Shown: one piece after another, positions 1-13,329 of the stretch
Layout of the letters: every line of letters starts with the position of its first letter
How positions within the stretch are numbered: position 1 is the stretch's first letter
Source of the DNA: Octopus vulgaris
Taxonomy: Eukaryota
Assembly (NCBI GenBank): GCA_951406725.2
Contig: OX597820.1
Span: 70,060,001-70,124,000, forward strand
Reading direction: 5' to 3'
Length of the DNA: 64,000 nt
Translations under genes and position numbers: made by a program
The notes under the pieces: generated by a model
Told to the model about the DNA's origin: nothing
Database searches by the model: none
What the model saw: only the letters and a program-made list of their open reading frames with translations

Positions 1-252
1 TGCTTAAAATAGAACGGCTTTATGTATGTTGTTTGATCCAACGTGTAGATACGGTGGTCTTTCAAGCGAAAACCAAATGTTTACGTGAGGATTTTCAAAA
101 TGTGGAAGGTGCAACTTGTATTTCGACACACACTTGCATACACCCAGATACCATATTTTGCATATATACGCATATATTGACTTATGCCCACGATATTGTT
201 TTGTATGAGATTCAATGTCTCAAGTGTCACCCTATTTTTAAGGCTATATGTA

Positions 253-458
253 CGAGCTGGCAGAAGCGTTAGCATGCAGGGTGAAATGCTTAGCGGTATT
301 TCGTCTGTCTTTACGTTCTGAGTTCAAATTCCACCGAGGTCAACTTTGCCTTTCATCCTTTCGAGGTCGATTAAATAAGTACCAGTTACGCACTGGGGTC
401 GATATAATCGACTGGTCCCCTCCAAAAATATTCGGGGCTTGTGCCTAGAATAGAAAAG
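253..458 (+). mobile_element. tRNA-derived SINE, family B (central GTCGACTTTGCCTTTCATCCTTTCG domain), short-tail form
   Basis: A-box-like GAGCTGGCAGAA and B-box GAGTTCAAATTCC. The same body recurs about 20 times in the window on both strands. Confidence 0.85.
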
Positions 459-778
459 TATTTGTGCGAATTTCTATAAACTGTTATTCCCTATCAACCA
501 ACGAACACTCTCTGCAATAATAGTCCTCTTTTTATGCCTTTTCTGCACTCATTTTCTGATGCGTAAATCTTGGTTTGAAACCGTTCAAAAGCTCCTTAAT
601 TTGCACATCATTGAAAGAATAGTTGGAACTTCCTGAGATGATACAAAAGCTGTTACTCATAATCCTGAGGATCGGAAGAAAATTATTCCTCAGGCAGGAT
701 AGACGCAAAAACATTGTTACATTGTTGTTGTAACTGAGCTTTCTTAGAAAAGCATGTCTACTTGGAGTTTTATTTGTA

Positions 779-1180
779 GGGAGTGACTGTGTGGTAGGTA
801 GCTTGCTTACGAACCACATGGGCAAGTGTCTTCTACAATAACCTCGGGCCAACCAAAGCCTTGTGCGTGGATTTGGTAGACGGAAACTGAAAGAAGCCCG
901 TCGTATATATATATATATGCATATATATATATGTGTGTGTGTGTGTGTGTTTGTGTGTCTTTGTTTGTCCCCCCCCCCCCCAACATCGCTAGACAACTAA
1001 TGCTGGTGTGCTTACGTCTCCGTAACGTAGCGGTTCGACAAAAGAGAGAATCGATAGATTAAGTACTGGGCTTACAAAGAATAAGTCCTGGGGGCGATTT
1101 TCTCGACTAAATGTGATGCTCCAGCATGGCCACAGTCAAATGTCTGAAACAAGTAAAAGAGTAAATAGTAAAGAGAGTAA
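779..1180 (+). mobile_element. SINE family A (CORE-like) with internal (TA)n(TG)n tract and CR1-like tail
   Basis: Head GGAGTGACTGTGTGGT, then GGGCAAGTGTCTT, AAGAAGCCCGTCG plus microsatellite, and tail CTCCAGCATGGCCACAGTCAAATG...(GTAAAAGA)n. More than 10 copies or fragments in the window. Confidence 0.85.
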
Positions 1181-1221
1181 GAATAGATCAGCACCAAGAT
1201 TTAAGGCGTCAAATAATCACC

Positions 1222-1406
1222 ATACTCGTAGAATGTGTCAAAAGAAAACATTATTGTAAACAAAATTGAAAACAAAATTGTAATTTGTAACTTAAATGTA
1301 GTTTAATTTTTACGAATTTGTTTTTTTTTGACACATTCTACCAGTATACGAAGTTTCAAATTGTTTAGTTAACTAGGAAAATCTGGCCTTCAAAAAGAAA
1401 TGATCC
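1222..1406. mobile_element. Small inverted-repeat remnant of the long-TIR family seen at 40883-41638
   Basis: ATACTCGTAGAATGTGTCA and TGACACATTCTACCAGTAT are inverted. 1350-1406 matches in reverse the GGATC terminus starting at 40883. Confidence 0.55.
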
Positions 1407-1424
1407 TCTACATGTAGTAAGCAA

Positions 1425-1600
1425 ACATCATGTTCAGCAAGATACTATGGAACTGGCTGAAGGTCTGAAGAATTCACCGAAGATGTGATTGAAGGTCCCT
1501 CGAAAAACTTATTGAATAAAGAGCCAATGATGTTGGAACAACACCGAGCGACAGGGCGAGAAGAGGATACAGAAGTTCCACCTGTTCCACTTTAGTTGAT
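1425..1600 (+). pseudogene. Possible Tigger/pogo transposase C-terminal remnant
   Basis: Broken translation QQDTMELAEG / EEFTEDVIEGPSKNLLNKEPMMLEQHR..EED loosely resembles the acidic Tigger C-terminus. No TIRs seen. Confidence 0.3.
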
Positions 1601-1819
1601 TGTAGAGAATATGATTAACGGATTGGTTTTTACAGATAACAAGCCTAATAGTGAATGTAACATAAATTTACAAAAAAAAGCTACATAACAAGCTCCGTTT
1701 GTATACTAGGTGTGGTGGGAGATAGCATACCGGTAATATCAAAGAACTTTGGATAAGTTCTCTAGCCCTATAGCAAATGCTGCTGCTGTTGCTGTGGCTA
1801 TTGCTGTTGCTGCAAGTTG

Positions 1820-1825
1820 TGATGA

Positions 1826-1859
<34 letters not shown>

Positions 1860-1926
1860 GGTGGTGGTGGTGGTGGTGGTGGTGGTGGTGGTGGTGGTGG
1901 TGGTGGTGGTGGTGGTGGTGGTGGTG
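1820..1926. repeat. (GAT)n-(GGT)n compound microsatellite
   Basis: Seen directly; it produces the poly-Gly and poly-Pro ORFs. Confidence 0.95.
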
Positions 1927-2042
1927 ATCTATGTGCTGAGTGGAAAGTAATGTCCCGCTTCCCAGGAAATCCGATTGTACCAGCTTCTGTCACAGAGCAG
2001 TCGACAGAAATTTCGGTGTATGCATACCATGCTTATTATATA

Positions 2043-2937
2043 CTAGCTGACGTACACAGTAATTCCCGGGAAAGCGGGGTTTATCCCTTGGCTTCGTTCT
2101 CATAATTGTTTCGCTAATTCAATAACAACAATACAAAACATGTAGCCCTTAAAATAGTTTTTGTGCATTTACAGAGAATATCGAACTGTCTTACATAGGA
2201 TCTTGTTTTTAAGAATTCCCAATAAGTTATGAATACCCAAATTGTGAAGTCAGTTATGTAATAGCTACCCGATAGTAAGAATTATGTAATTAGTTACCCG
2301 ATAGTAAGAATTCAAATAAAGCAGCCCCGAAAAGGGTTTTAATGCATTCTCAGAGTTTAGAGAACTTAGGAGGAAATACTAATAAGGTATGTATACTAAA
2401 ATCGTGAAACATGTTACGTAATAACAGGCAAATCGGATATGAGATAATAACAATTCAAAGTAAATAATTCTGAAAAGGGCTTTTTACGTTCCCAGAGAAT
2501 ATTACCCTCAGCGGCGCTAGTGTTGGTTAATTCTTGAATAAGTCACTAACCGAAGTAAGTGGATCTATTGTTTAGGAAAATACTATTTACTTGTTTAAGG
2601 GTTGTACTGGATAAAGTACGAAAATAACTCTGACAGTTCAAATACTAAGAAATAAGCATACTCAATTTGATTTATACCAAATGATTTAGGAAAATGAAAG
2701 GGTTATTTCCCTTGGCTATTAATATGAAATGTATTAGATATATATATAAGGATCCCTCCCAGGGGCCTATTATCGATTTTTTTTTTCAACAATGTAAGTA
2801 TACCATGAGGTTTCCAGACATGTATACTAACTACTCACGTGTCAAGTTTAATCAAAATCGAGGAAACGATGTAGGAGGAGTTAGCTAACAACTCTACAAA
2901 CACACCCACAGACAGATTTTCGCACGTATGTAGTAGA
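2043..2937 (-). mobile_element. Non-autonomous Helitron (Lep1-like layout)
   Basis: The minus strand starts A|TC and ends CTAG|T, with a decayed GC hairpin (CCCGGGAATTACTGTG) just before the CTAG. An ACAG-type repeat lies near the 5' end, there is no TSD, and an internal ~30-bp direct repeat sits at 2252-2312. Confidence 0.7.
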
Positions 2938-3298
2938 TCCTTATGTATGCTATAATGTGTATTACTTCAAACGTTTTACGAATAAATAACGTACGTATGT
3001 GGGGGATCAAAGATTGATATATTCATGTATCAAAGTTATTTATCTGCTTTTCTTTTTCGAGGGAGGGAAAAAGAGATAGATAGAGAGAGAGAGAGACAGA
3101 GAGAGAGACAGAGACAGACAGACAGACAGACAGACAGAGAATGCTATTGAAACACTTTCCAATTTGTAGCATAAAAATTAATGAGTAAACAAGGCTTGGC
3201 GTTACGAAATTTCACGTGATTGTAAGATTTTCCAAGAATGTGAAGGGGATGCTGATATATAAATAGGTAAATATATAGCAATGTATAGATGTATATGC

Positions 3299-3365
<67 letters not shown>

Positions 3366-3371
3366 TGTATG

Positions 3372-3449
<78 letters not shown>

Positions 3450-3604
3450 TACACATGCATGTATGTATGTGTATATACATAAATACATTTATATATATAG
3501 CGCAAAAAGTAAAGACCTCTTCGGTCAAGAATGATCATGGGTATGAAACCGTTGGTCACCTTTGACCGGACATATACTTAACTACATATAAATAATGTGT
3601 GTGT

Positions 3605-3985
3605 GTGTGGTTGCGTGGTAAGTAGCTTGCTTATCAACCAACATGCTTCCGGGTTCAGTCCCACTGCGTGGCACCTTGAGCAAGTGTCCTCTACTATAAC
3701 CTCGGGCCGACCAAAGTCTTGTGAGTGGATTTGGTAGACGGAAACTGAAAGAAGCCCGTTGTATATATATTTATGATATGTATTTGTCTGTGTGTGCCCC
3801 TCACCATCGCTTGACAACCGATGCTGGTGTGTTTACATCCCAGGGATTTAGCGGTTCGGCTTAAGTGCTCCATAGAATAAGTACTAGGTTTACAAAGAGG
3901 TCCTGGGGTCGATTTGCTCGACTAAAGGCGGTGCTCCAGCATGTCCGCAATCTAATGACTGAAACAAATTAAAGAATAAAAGAAT
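3605..3985 (+). mobile_element. SINE family A
   Basis: B-box GGTTCAGTCCC, CORE-like GCACCTTGAGCAAGTG, same tail as 779-1180. Confidence 0.85.
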
Positions 3986-4512
3986 ATATATATATATAAT
4001 CTTTTATGTTTTTATCTCTAAGCTGTTTCAATTATTAGATTGTGGCCATAATGGAGTACCGTCTTTAAGGGATTTAGTCGAAAAACTCGATGCCAGGACG
4101 TATTTTTTTAAGCCTAATACTTACTCTATCGACCACTTTTGCCGAAACGCTAGATGACAGGGGCATAAACACAACACTGGTTACCAAGCGGTGGTGGTGG
4201 AGACAAACACTGACAAGCACACACCCACAAACACACGCACGCACACACGCGCACACATACGCACTCACACACACATATATATAAGCATGCATAATGCATA
4301 AACACTTAATAAAATATCTAATTATTAAAGTGGAAAAATTATCAGAAAGGCCATTTCTACTCATTTTTTCAAATATGTGTGTGTATATTATATTATATTA
4401 TATCATTTATATATATATGTAAACAGACACACATACACGCACACATATATGCATGGATACATGTACATATACTTGTATACATACAAATAAATATATATAT
4501 ACATATATACAA

Positions 4513-4549
<37 letters not shown>

Positions 4550-4784
4550 TGTGTATATTTATAAAATTATATACACATAAACGTATAAATATACATTTAC
4601 ACTCACACACACATACATGCACGCACACATACACGCATATACATTTTCGGACTTAAGTCGAATAGAAAAGAGCACTACAATTCCTTATTAGAGTATCCAT
4701 ATGACCGTATGAATATAGTAAGATCTGGCCTGCTTGTACTGCTATGGTGTTGTATTATGTATATATAATAATCAAACTATAGAG

Positions 4785-4970
4785 ACAAGGCCTGAATTTT
4801 GTGGAGAGGGGGACAGTCACTAACGTAGACCCCAGTACTCAACTGATATTTAATTTATTGACCTCGAAAGGGTGAAAGTATAAATCAACCTCGGCGGAAT
4901 TTGAACTCAAAACGTAGCGACAGGAGAAATAGCGCTAAGTATCTCGTCCAGCATGCTAACGATCCTGCCA
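4785..4970 (-). mobile_element. SINE family B, diverged copy
   Basis: Reverse complement of the family B head and central domain. Confidence 0.7.
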
Positions 4971-5726
4971 GATAATAATGAAGTCAATACTAGCATTGAT
5001 ATATTGGATGTATTTAATACGTACGTTTCGGGTCATTGCGCAGTAGATAAAAAGAAATTCCTCCTTTACACAAGATCTTCTTCAGTTAAGACAATTCATA
5101 CGTACAACACCGACTTCCCGGAAATTGATTTTCCTGAAACTTTTATAACCCGCACTAATCGTCAAGGAGGAACCTCAAATTCCCGCGGCTGCCAGACTAG
5201 TTTACTGATAGCTTTCACTTAACAGTAGTTTTGCATTGTACTGTATTCATCATCATCATCATCATCATCCAGTGTTTTAAATCCAATTTTTGTCCCAGTT
5301 AACGGAGGTGATCGGATCTAACTCAATACCATAGCAACCGATGTAGGCAGGTGCAGCCCACCCCAACACTTTGGCTGACTGGTGCCCATTCTCCTTTGCT
5401 ATAATGAGACTTTTGGGGACTGTATTTTCTACGGAGAGCATGCCCTTGCTTATCCCAACCTCAGTTTCTAGACATGAGTGGTCCCGAGACCAAGGTCTCT
5501 TCCTCGATTTTTAAGAAATATGGTGGAAAACTAGCTCAGGAAGACGCTACCCTCTGAGACCTCTTAAGGATCCGCCCTACATAACAGCATTATTAAACTT
5601 CAATCAGTTATACTAATGATATCAGTGTATCATCTTATTATTATGTAAATTTAATATAGTTTCATTTAATGTGTGTTATCCAAAGCAACCATCCCAGGTT
5701 CGAAAAAATCAGTAACCCAGAAAGGT

Positions 5727-5894
5727 AATACAGTTCTATATCTAAGAGATGAGGAATTATGTACATTATTTATATTATTTACATTATTTACATTTGACCT
5801 GATGAAGGCTCGAGGGTATATCTGCCGAAACGTTGTGTTAACAACAAACAAGACGAGGACAAATATCCGTCAAATGTAAATAATGTAAATAATG
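5727..5894 (+). mobile_element. Penelope-like terminal fragment with inverted ends and a hammerhead core
   Basis: 13-bp direct repeat AACCCAGAAAGGT at 5714-5726 and 5895-5907. 26-bp inverted arms at 5773-5798 and 5869-5894. CTGATGA-A-GGC..GCC-GAAA-C-GTT at 5799-5834. Confidence 0.75.
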
Positions 5895-6639
5895 AACCCA
5901 GAAAGGTTTCGGAAAATCGATTTTGTAGCAGCATATAAAGCCTTTGGTGGTGGTGATGGTGGTGGGGGTGTGGGTAATACAGATTAAGAGAGTTGATCAT
6001 TGGGCGTTTGCTGTCGGTGTGGAAGCTATGGCCAGATAAATTCTGGCTTGTTTGATGGTGAAAAACCAGAAACACCAGATGAAGAGTGCATACATCACTA
6101 ATTATGTTTCCCACTTAATCCAGAACTATCTTCTACATAACTTTTCTTTCTTTCTTGTTGATAAAGCATTCCTACATATTCTTTGATATTCTTTCATTCT
6201 TTTATTCATTTCAGCCATGCAGCTGCGGTCATGCTGGAGCACCACTGATCTACTACGATCCCCCCACCCCACCCCACCCCTAACCTCGTATCTCTCTGCC
6301 TCATCGCTTATCTGATATCCTTACGTTTTCGCATTCGCACGCATACCTTTTCCCCATACCCAGTGCAATAGATTTCTCTCTCCCTTTCTTTACCGCTTCC
6401 TACACACCCACACACATATACATACATACACAGACACATACACACATACACACATACACAGACACACATACAGACACACGCATACACACATACATACAGA
6501 TACACACATACACAGACACACATACAGATACACACATACACACATATGCACTCATACACTCATATACACTCATATACACTCATACACTCACACACACACA
6601 CATACACACTCATACACAGACACACACATACACACACGC

Positions 6640-6707
<68 letters not shown>

Positions 6708-6868
6708 GGACACATTAATCCATTGATTTCCTATTTTCACATTCCTTCCATAGTTATTTCCTTGCTCCCTGCCTTTTTTTTTCATACACACCTATACATA
6801 CACAAACAGATCAATGTTCTCGCATCACAGGGATTTTCTTAAATATCTCTCTCCCACACGCATACTTT

Positions 6869-6909
<41 letters not shown>

Positions 6910-7084
6910 AAACAACTGTGTCTCACACGCATGCGTTCATGTATGTATAGAAAGAAGCATACTCTCGACAGGTGCACATACACATACACCTACATGCATA
7001 AACACACATACCCCTCTGTGAAGGCCTGCCTCGTTCCATTTATCGTACAGATATACAAGCATGTGAATCCTACAACAGTTCTTC

Positions 7085-7132
<48 letters not shown>

Positions 7133-7170
7133 CCTCTCTGTCTCTGTTTATCTCTCTATCTATCTATCTG

Positions 7171-7224
<54 letters not shown>

Positions 7225-7231
7225 GAATATT

Positions 7232-7329
7232 GATCGAAAACCAAACCCCCTTTTTTTACCCCCAAAAGAAAAGCTCTACCTTGTAATTTGTCCTGTCTGT
7301 GTGCAGCCCTGTGTGGCTAATAAAGAAAC
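7232..7329 (+). mobile_element. 3' UTR tail of a Tx1/L1-type LINE inside a (TCTA)n tract
   Basis: AGCTCTACCTTGTAATTTGTCC...AGCCCTGTGTGGCTAATAAAGAAA matches the LINE end at 27686 (minus strand). Confidence 0.7.
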
Positions 7330-7403
<74 letters not shown>

Positions 7404-7435
7404 CATCTATCTATCTATCTACCTCTCTGTCTCTG

Positions 7436-7491
<56 letters not shown>

Positions 7492-8505
7492 GCCATCCAT
7501 CTATCTATCTGTCCCTCTCTGTTACCACCATGTTCATATATGCTGTCCTTTTCAGCCTCATGCACTCATAGCCACAAACACGATCGAAAAACGCACACAC
7601 ATACACATACACATAACAGTGACCACCATTCTTCATCCGCCTGCTTTCACATATTCTCTTTCTCTCTATATATATATATAGCTCTCTACTTTCTCTCTCT
7701 CTCTCTCTCTTTCTCCCTTTCTCTCCTCCCTCCCTCTCAGTACACGCGCGTGCTCACGCATATGCGCGTACCTACACGCACACTGAACATTCTCTCACAC
7801 ACTGACGTCTCTCAGATCAACGACATCCTTTCTGTTATCTGTTCCTCGGCTTCCACATCTGGTCTCTTTCAGACACACTCATACATTCATATATGCGCCC
7901 ACTTACGCGTACACATTACACGGTCACTAACACTGTAGTACATTATCAGCCGGCCTCTCTCTCTCTCTCTCGCTCTGCCTCTGCCTCTCTCTTTCTTTGT
8001 CTCTCTGTCTTTCTATCTCTTACTTTTTCTGTCATATCTTACCTCATAAAATCTTGTGTGTCTATGCACAAACATACATACACAGACATACATATACGTG
8101 CACAAATATAGTTACATAGGTATAAACATAAAGGAATAGACACACGTAAAAAAATATATAGCTACATAAATGTGTGTGCGCTTGTATATATATATATAGA
8201 GAGAGAGATAATCAGATTTTTCACTCTCTTGTAGCTTAGATCTGTGTTCACATGCATTCGATCAATCAATACCGGGTGAAATGGGCTGACTGTGAGAAGG
8301 ATGAATTTTTATTTATTTGTATTTGAAGAACACCTTTTAGCCAAATTCTCATTGGTGAAGGCCGGCCAGCTGCTTGTTTTAGTTACAGCTAACCCAACTA
8401 CTGCTGGCTGTGTCTTCTAGGAGCTAAAGATGTAAGGGAAAGCACTCACGTCTGAAGTAATATAAAAAGGGCTATCTACATACACTTCAATATTTATAAT
8501 ATATT

Positions 8506-8736
8506 TATTTCTTTATTACACACAAGGGGCTAAATGTAGAAGAGACAAACAAGGACAGACAAAAATATTAAGTCGAATATATCGACCCCAGTGCGTAACT
8601 GGTACTTATTTAATCGACCCCGAAAGGATGAAAGGCAAAGTCGACCTCGATATAATTTGAACTCAGAACGTAGCGGCAGACGAAATACTGCTAAGTATTT
8701 TGCCCGGCGTGCTAACGATTCTGCCAGCCCGCCGCC
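8506..8736 (-). mobile_element. SINE family B, long (LINE-derived) tail
   Basis: Full head GGCGGCGGGCTGGCAGAATCG through the tail ending TAATAAAGAAATA. Confidence 0.85.
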
Positions 8737-8853
8737 CTATTATTTATTGTATATTGACTAGGTAATGTCTGGTAGTTACACGGATTGAATTGTTTCCGAA
8801 AGCGGCAAATTGGCAATGGCCCCAAATCCCACTTCAGTGAAATCACTGGCTGA

Positions 8854-9075
8854 TTAACACTTTTAGTATTCAGATTACTCTCTCTCAAATGTAATGCATA
8901 TTAATTCATATCGTTTTGAATTAGTCTATGATCTTGTAGCTTCGAGATTTCACTGACGTGATTGATTATTTTTCGAATGACGTGGTTAGATGTGAAGGAC
9001 AAGATTTGCCCAGGTTGAACATAAAACAGGTTGAAGATTTGGGCCAAATATGGCCTGTTTAATGCTAAAAAGTTA
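8854..9075. mobile_element. piggyBac-like MITE, decayed
   Basis: TTAACACTTTTAGTATT...AATGCTAAAAAGTTA are degenerate inverted ends of TTAA-CCC type. Confidence 0.5.
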
Positions 9076-9086
9076 CTGATGTAGAC

Positions 9087-9368
9087 CAGTGGTTCTCAAC
9101 CAGGGTCCATTTGATCTTTGGGGATCCATGTGGCCCTTAGGGCTCCATTTAGCCCTTGTGGGTCCATATAAGATTTTCTAAAATTGATGCAATAAATTGG
9201 TCGTATTTCTACATTACACAAAATATTTAAACATTTTTATACAATTTATGATAATTTTATATCGTAATAATGTAGAAGTTTTTAGGCATCAAATTGCTAG
9301 GAGAGTCTCATACCCTGACGAAAACAGGAATCAAAGAGGTCTAGAGGCATAAAATGGTTGAGAACCAG
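9087..9368. mobile_element. hAT (Charlie-like) MITE
   Basis: TIR CAGTGGTTCTCAACC / GGTTGAGAACCAG. Flanks ATGTAGAC / ACATAGAA resemble an NTNTAGAN 8-bp TSD. Confidence 0.7.
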
Positions 9369-9464
9369 ACATAGAATATTTTCGTTAAGCATAAGCTATC
9401 GCTTCCTGTTCCGTTTTTTATATGCTTTTGTCATGTCACTAAACTTCGCGTTACCGAAGCACGT

Positions 9465-10640
9465 TCAGTTTTGCGATTTCTGAATCGCTAAACACATTGA
9501 GACAAAGAAACAAGGTTCTTTTAGTCCCTTAGACTGAATGACTGCAGAACTTTGCAGCATCAGCTCTTGAGATGTTTGCGAGAGACTCTTGTGGTTTCTC
9601 TTAACACCATCAGAGGATGTTGCAATTGCTCTGTATACCACCGATTTAGAAAGATACGATCCTCTGATCATACATTCGCACTGCAGCGCTCTCCTTTACA
9701 TCCTCATATTCACAATGTTTTGGATATACAAGTTACTGGTTAGTTGTTTCTAGGAGAGTGTTTCAAGTTGCGTCATGAATCTTAGAGGCCACGCTGTATA
9801 TGCAACAATAAATAACCTTAAAGTTAATAGCCTTGAATAATTTTTCGTAGCTGTGCACAAGTGGGAAACGTTGTCTTACTAGTGTAAGCAAGTTCTTGGC
9901 TACATTCATGTTGTAGAATGGGTTAAACCAGATAACCTGTGGAAAAATAAGTCATATAAATGAAATTTTTTTAAAGCCACTTCTTGTTAATGCAGTGCTA
10001 TAAATGTCGAAAGTACCCGCCTGAATATAGGTAAAAAATCTTTAAAATTAAATTTGATAAAGCATATGGTTGAGCATGAGAATCCATGAGTAGATGTGTA
10101 TTTTTTTGTATGTTTATATTTCTGAAGAGGTAATATTTGTTTGGGTTTAAGTTTGGTGTTGAATTTATCTATGAATTTATCTAGTGTGCTATACGTAGCC
10201 TTTGAATCGAATTCCTTAAGTGTACTCATCGAGTTCTTTCTAGATCTATCAATAGTGTGATCGTTCTTGTTGCATGAGATTGCTAAATCATCTATTTACA
10301 GTCCAGGTAACCGAGACGATCAGTCCTTCATGTTCTGTGACATCAGTTCCCTCATAGACCTCAATGTAACTTCAAGTAAAAGGTTACGCTCCCTTCCACC
10401 CAATAAGACAAATCATCATAAAAAAACCAACTTCCCGTCGTTCATTATTATCTTGGCTTGGCATTAAGATTGCTAATGGTCTGAGGGCTGATTTGTTTGG
10501 ATTTTGTTAAAATTATTTTTCAGGAGTTTAGAATATGTGACATTTAGTTGAGATATATTCTTTGTTGTGTCAGCATGTATATGGACACCTGGAGATGTTG
10601 AAAACATCTTCATTATCCAGGTTGCTTTGGAAGAATAAGA
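9465..10640 (-). pseudogene. Decayed Penelope-like retroelement ORF (RT plus GIY-YIG endonuclease)
   Basis: Frame-broken motifs on the minus strand: ADTTKNISQLN..YSKLL, YEGTDVTE (GSYDGAE-like), GL*IDDLA (GLYRDDG-like), FIKFNFKDFLP, VIWFNPFY, and SKSVVYRAIATSSDG (GIY-YIG region). Confidence 0.75.
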
Positions 10641-11664
10641 ATAATCCTGCAACGGAATGGCGTCCTGATCAAGGGCCATGTTGTGATCTCGGTCACTCGT
10701 ACGCCAAGAAAACCGGATGGCCGGCTCTATAAATCATGTGAGACGAGACTGTAATGTCCAGAAGTTGATGATGATGATGATGATCATGATCGTGATCATG
10801 ATCATGGAGAGAATGAAAGGCAAAGACTTCGGCAGGATTTGAACTCAAAACGTAAAGAGCAAGAAGAAATACCACTAAGTAATTTTGTCTGACATGTTAA
10901 TGATTCTGCCTGGCCACCGCCTTTGTGTGTTTTATTCAGAGACTTCTAAATACAAATTAAATACGGATATCTTACATGGACACAAGGCCACAAATAAGAG
11001 ACGTTAATTGTATTAATCCAAATACGTTATTTTACCGTTCATATTAAAATGATAAACTTCAAACCTTCAAACGTTGCTGACTACCATCTCATCCATCTTT
11101 GAGTTAACAACAGTGAAGTATTGCTCCCCACGAAAGGCTATGTAACAGACACCAGTTTCATTATAATTAGCTTTGGGTTTCTGGTGGAAATAAACTGGAA
11201 CACAGAATGGAAGGATCTACGAGTTACGTATAAACAAAAACGTTATGCTAGATAAGGATTCGACTTTAAAAATACTAGGCACCAGGACGAGATAAAGATA
11301 TCTATTCGCAATCAGCAAACATTAACGGTTCCACAAGACATTTATATTAATCTTATAAACATGTAGATGCAACAAATATTTTTAGTCCCCACATCATGAA
11401 TATGATGCTTCATACTGGAACATCGATGATTAGAAACAGTTTCAAAGACGCAGAATCAGGTTTCTATCAAGTTAGATATGGCCTGAACCAATCTTTGGTC
11501 GAAACAGATCTAAGTTAACTAAGATATGTGTGTGTGTGTGTGTATATACATATATATATATATAATGATAATAATAATAATAATAGTAATGATAATATAT
11601 AATATAAATATGCATATATACATATATGTACATACTTAAATCTACACGTATATATATATATATA

Positions 11665-12360
11665 TAATAATTAAATAAATAAAATATATGCATACATACA
11701 TATATGTACGTACCTACATCTACATGTATATATACATGCATATATATATATATATGAGTACAGGACACCACAAATAAACGTAGAACTCAACGAGAAACGA
11801 AAACATAAAAACAAACTAGGAAACGGACTTTTTTAACAACGAAAAAACAGAGTACAAGACAAACAATACAATGAATATTCCCCTTCATCAGCTGTCCCTG
11901 GTTCTACTCAATGCGTGTTTCGAAGGTAAGGACAGAACACGACCCGTCGGATCAGTCCTTCCTGAAAAAGAATTAAATAAAATTCCTTTGCAGAGGGGTA
12001 AAAACAAGGAAAGAAAAAAATGTGACAAGAACAGGACGTAAAAGCAATACAAATAAAAATACAAATACAAATAAAAATACAAAATAAAAATACAAATACA
12101 AAAAAATACAGTACACATAAAGAATAAAAACAGGACAATGAAACCGACATTGAGGGCTTTTTTTAAGCCTAGACGATGGAAAAATTCAGAGCGCAAGAAA
12201 AAGTCGTGTTGACTTGTAGAATATTCCTTGTATTGCTTGTCTTGTACTCTGTTTTTTCGTTGTTAAAAAAAAGTCCGTTTCCTAGTTTGTTTTTATGTTT
12301 TCGTTTCTCGTTGAGTTCTACGTTTATTTGTCGTGTCCTGTACTCATATATATATATACA

Positions 12361-12409
<49 letters not shown>

Positions 12410-12500
12410 ATATATACATGCATGTATATATACATGTAGATGTAGGTACGTACATATATGTATGTATGTATGCATATATTTTATTTATTAAATTATTGTA
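11665..12500. mobile_element. Fold-back Penelope-like terminal repeat
   Basis: 11665-11881 and 12219-12500 are near-identical inverted arms. The spacer carries GAAAC...CTGATGA on the minus strand. Another family copy lies at about 49225-49480. Confidence 0.7.
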
Positions 12501-12919
12501 TGCCTGAGCGCCCTCGCGTCGTTTCGTTTCGTTTCTTTTCTTTTAAGTTTATATATATATATATATATATGCACATTTGGGTACAGGACGTCACGAAACG
12601 TGTACAATAAAAAATACGAAGTACGATAACATGGATTATGAACTATTTTTTCGAACGAGACAAACAAGACAAACAACACAATAAGCGACCTTTCATCAGT
12701 TGTTGGCTGTTTTTCTACTCTCGTATTTCGATAAAACAGTTGCTCCGGCTAGCAAATTAAATAAAATTTGAGAATTTTGCGGAGGGTCGAAATTGGTAAC
12801 AAAAACAGGACAGTGAAAACAAACAGGAAGGGCTGCTAAGCCTAAACGAGGTTGTGGTGGCGAACACGTAAATCAAGCTTGGAAGGAGACAGACAAGAAC
12901 ACGTCTTCCTTGATCCAGC

Positions 12920-12951
<32 letters not shown>

Positions 12952-13329
12952 TGTATGTATGTATGTATGTATGTATGTATGTATATATGTATGTATGTAT
13001 GTATGCATCTATGTATCTATGTATATATACATGTGTATATGTGTGTATGGGCATTCGTACATACACACACACACATACATGCCTATATATATGTGTGTGT
13101 GTGTGTGTGCGTGCGTGTATGTGGAAATTGATGCGTGACGTACAATCATATAATATAAATAATATATATTCCTCAGTGTACATAATAAATGAAGACTGGA
13201 GTATCTGGCATTACGTTTATTCCATTGTTTACAATTGTTTCAAGCATCATGTATATAGACATGGATGAGAACAATTATAGTCATGCGTATTATGTGATGT
13301 GCACACACAAACACACACAGAGATACGTG

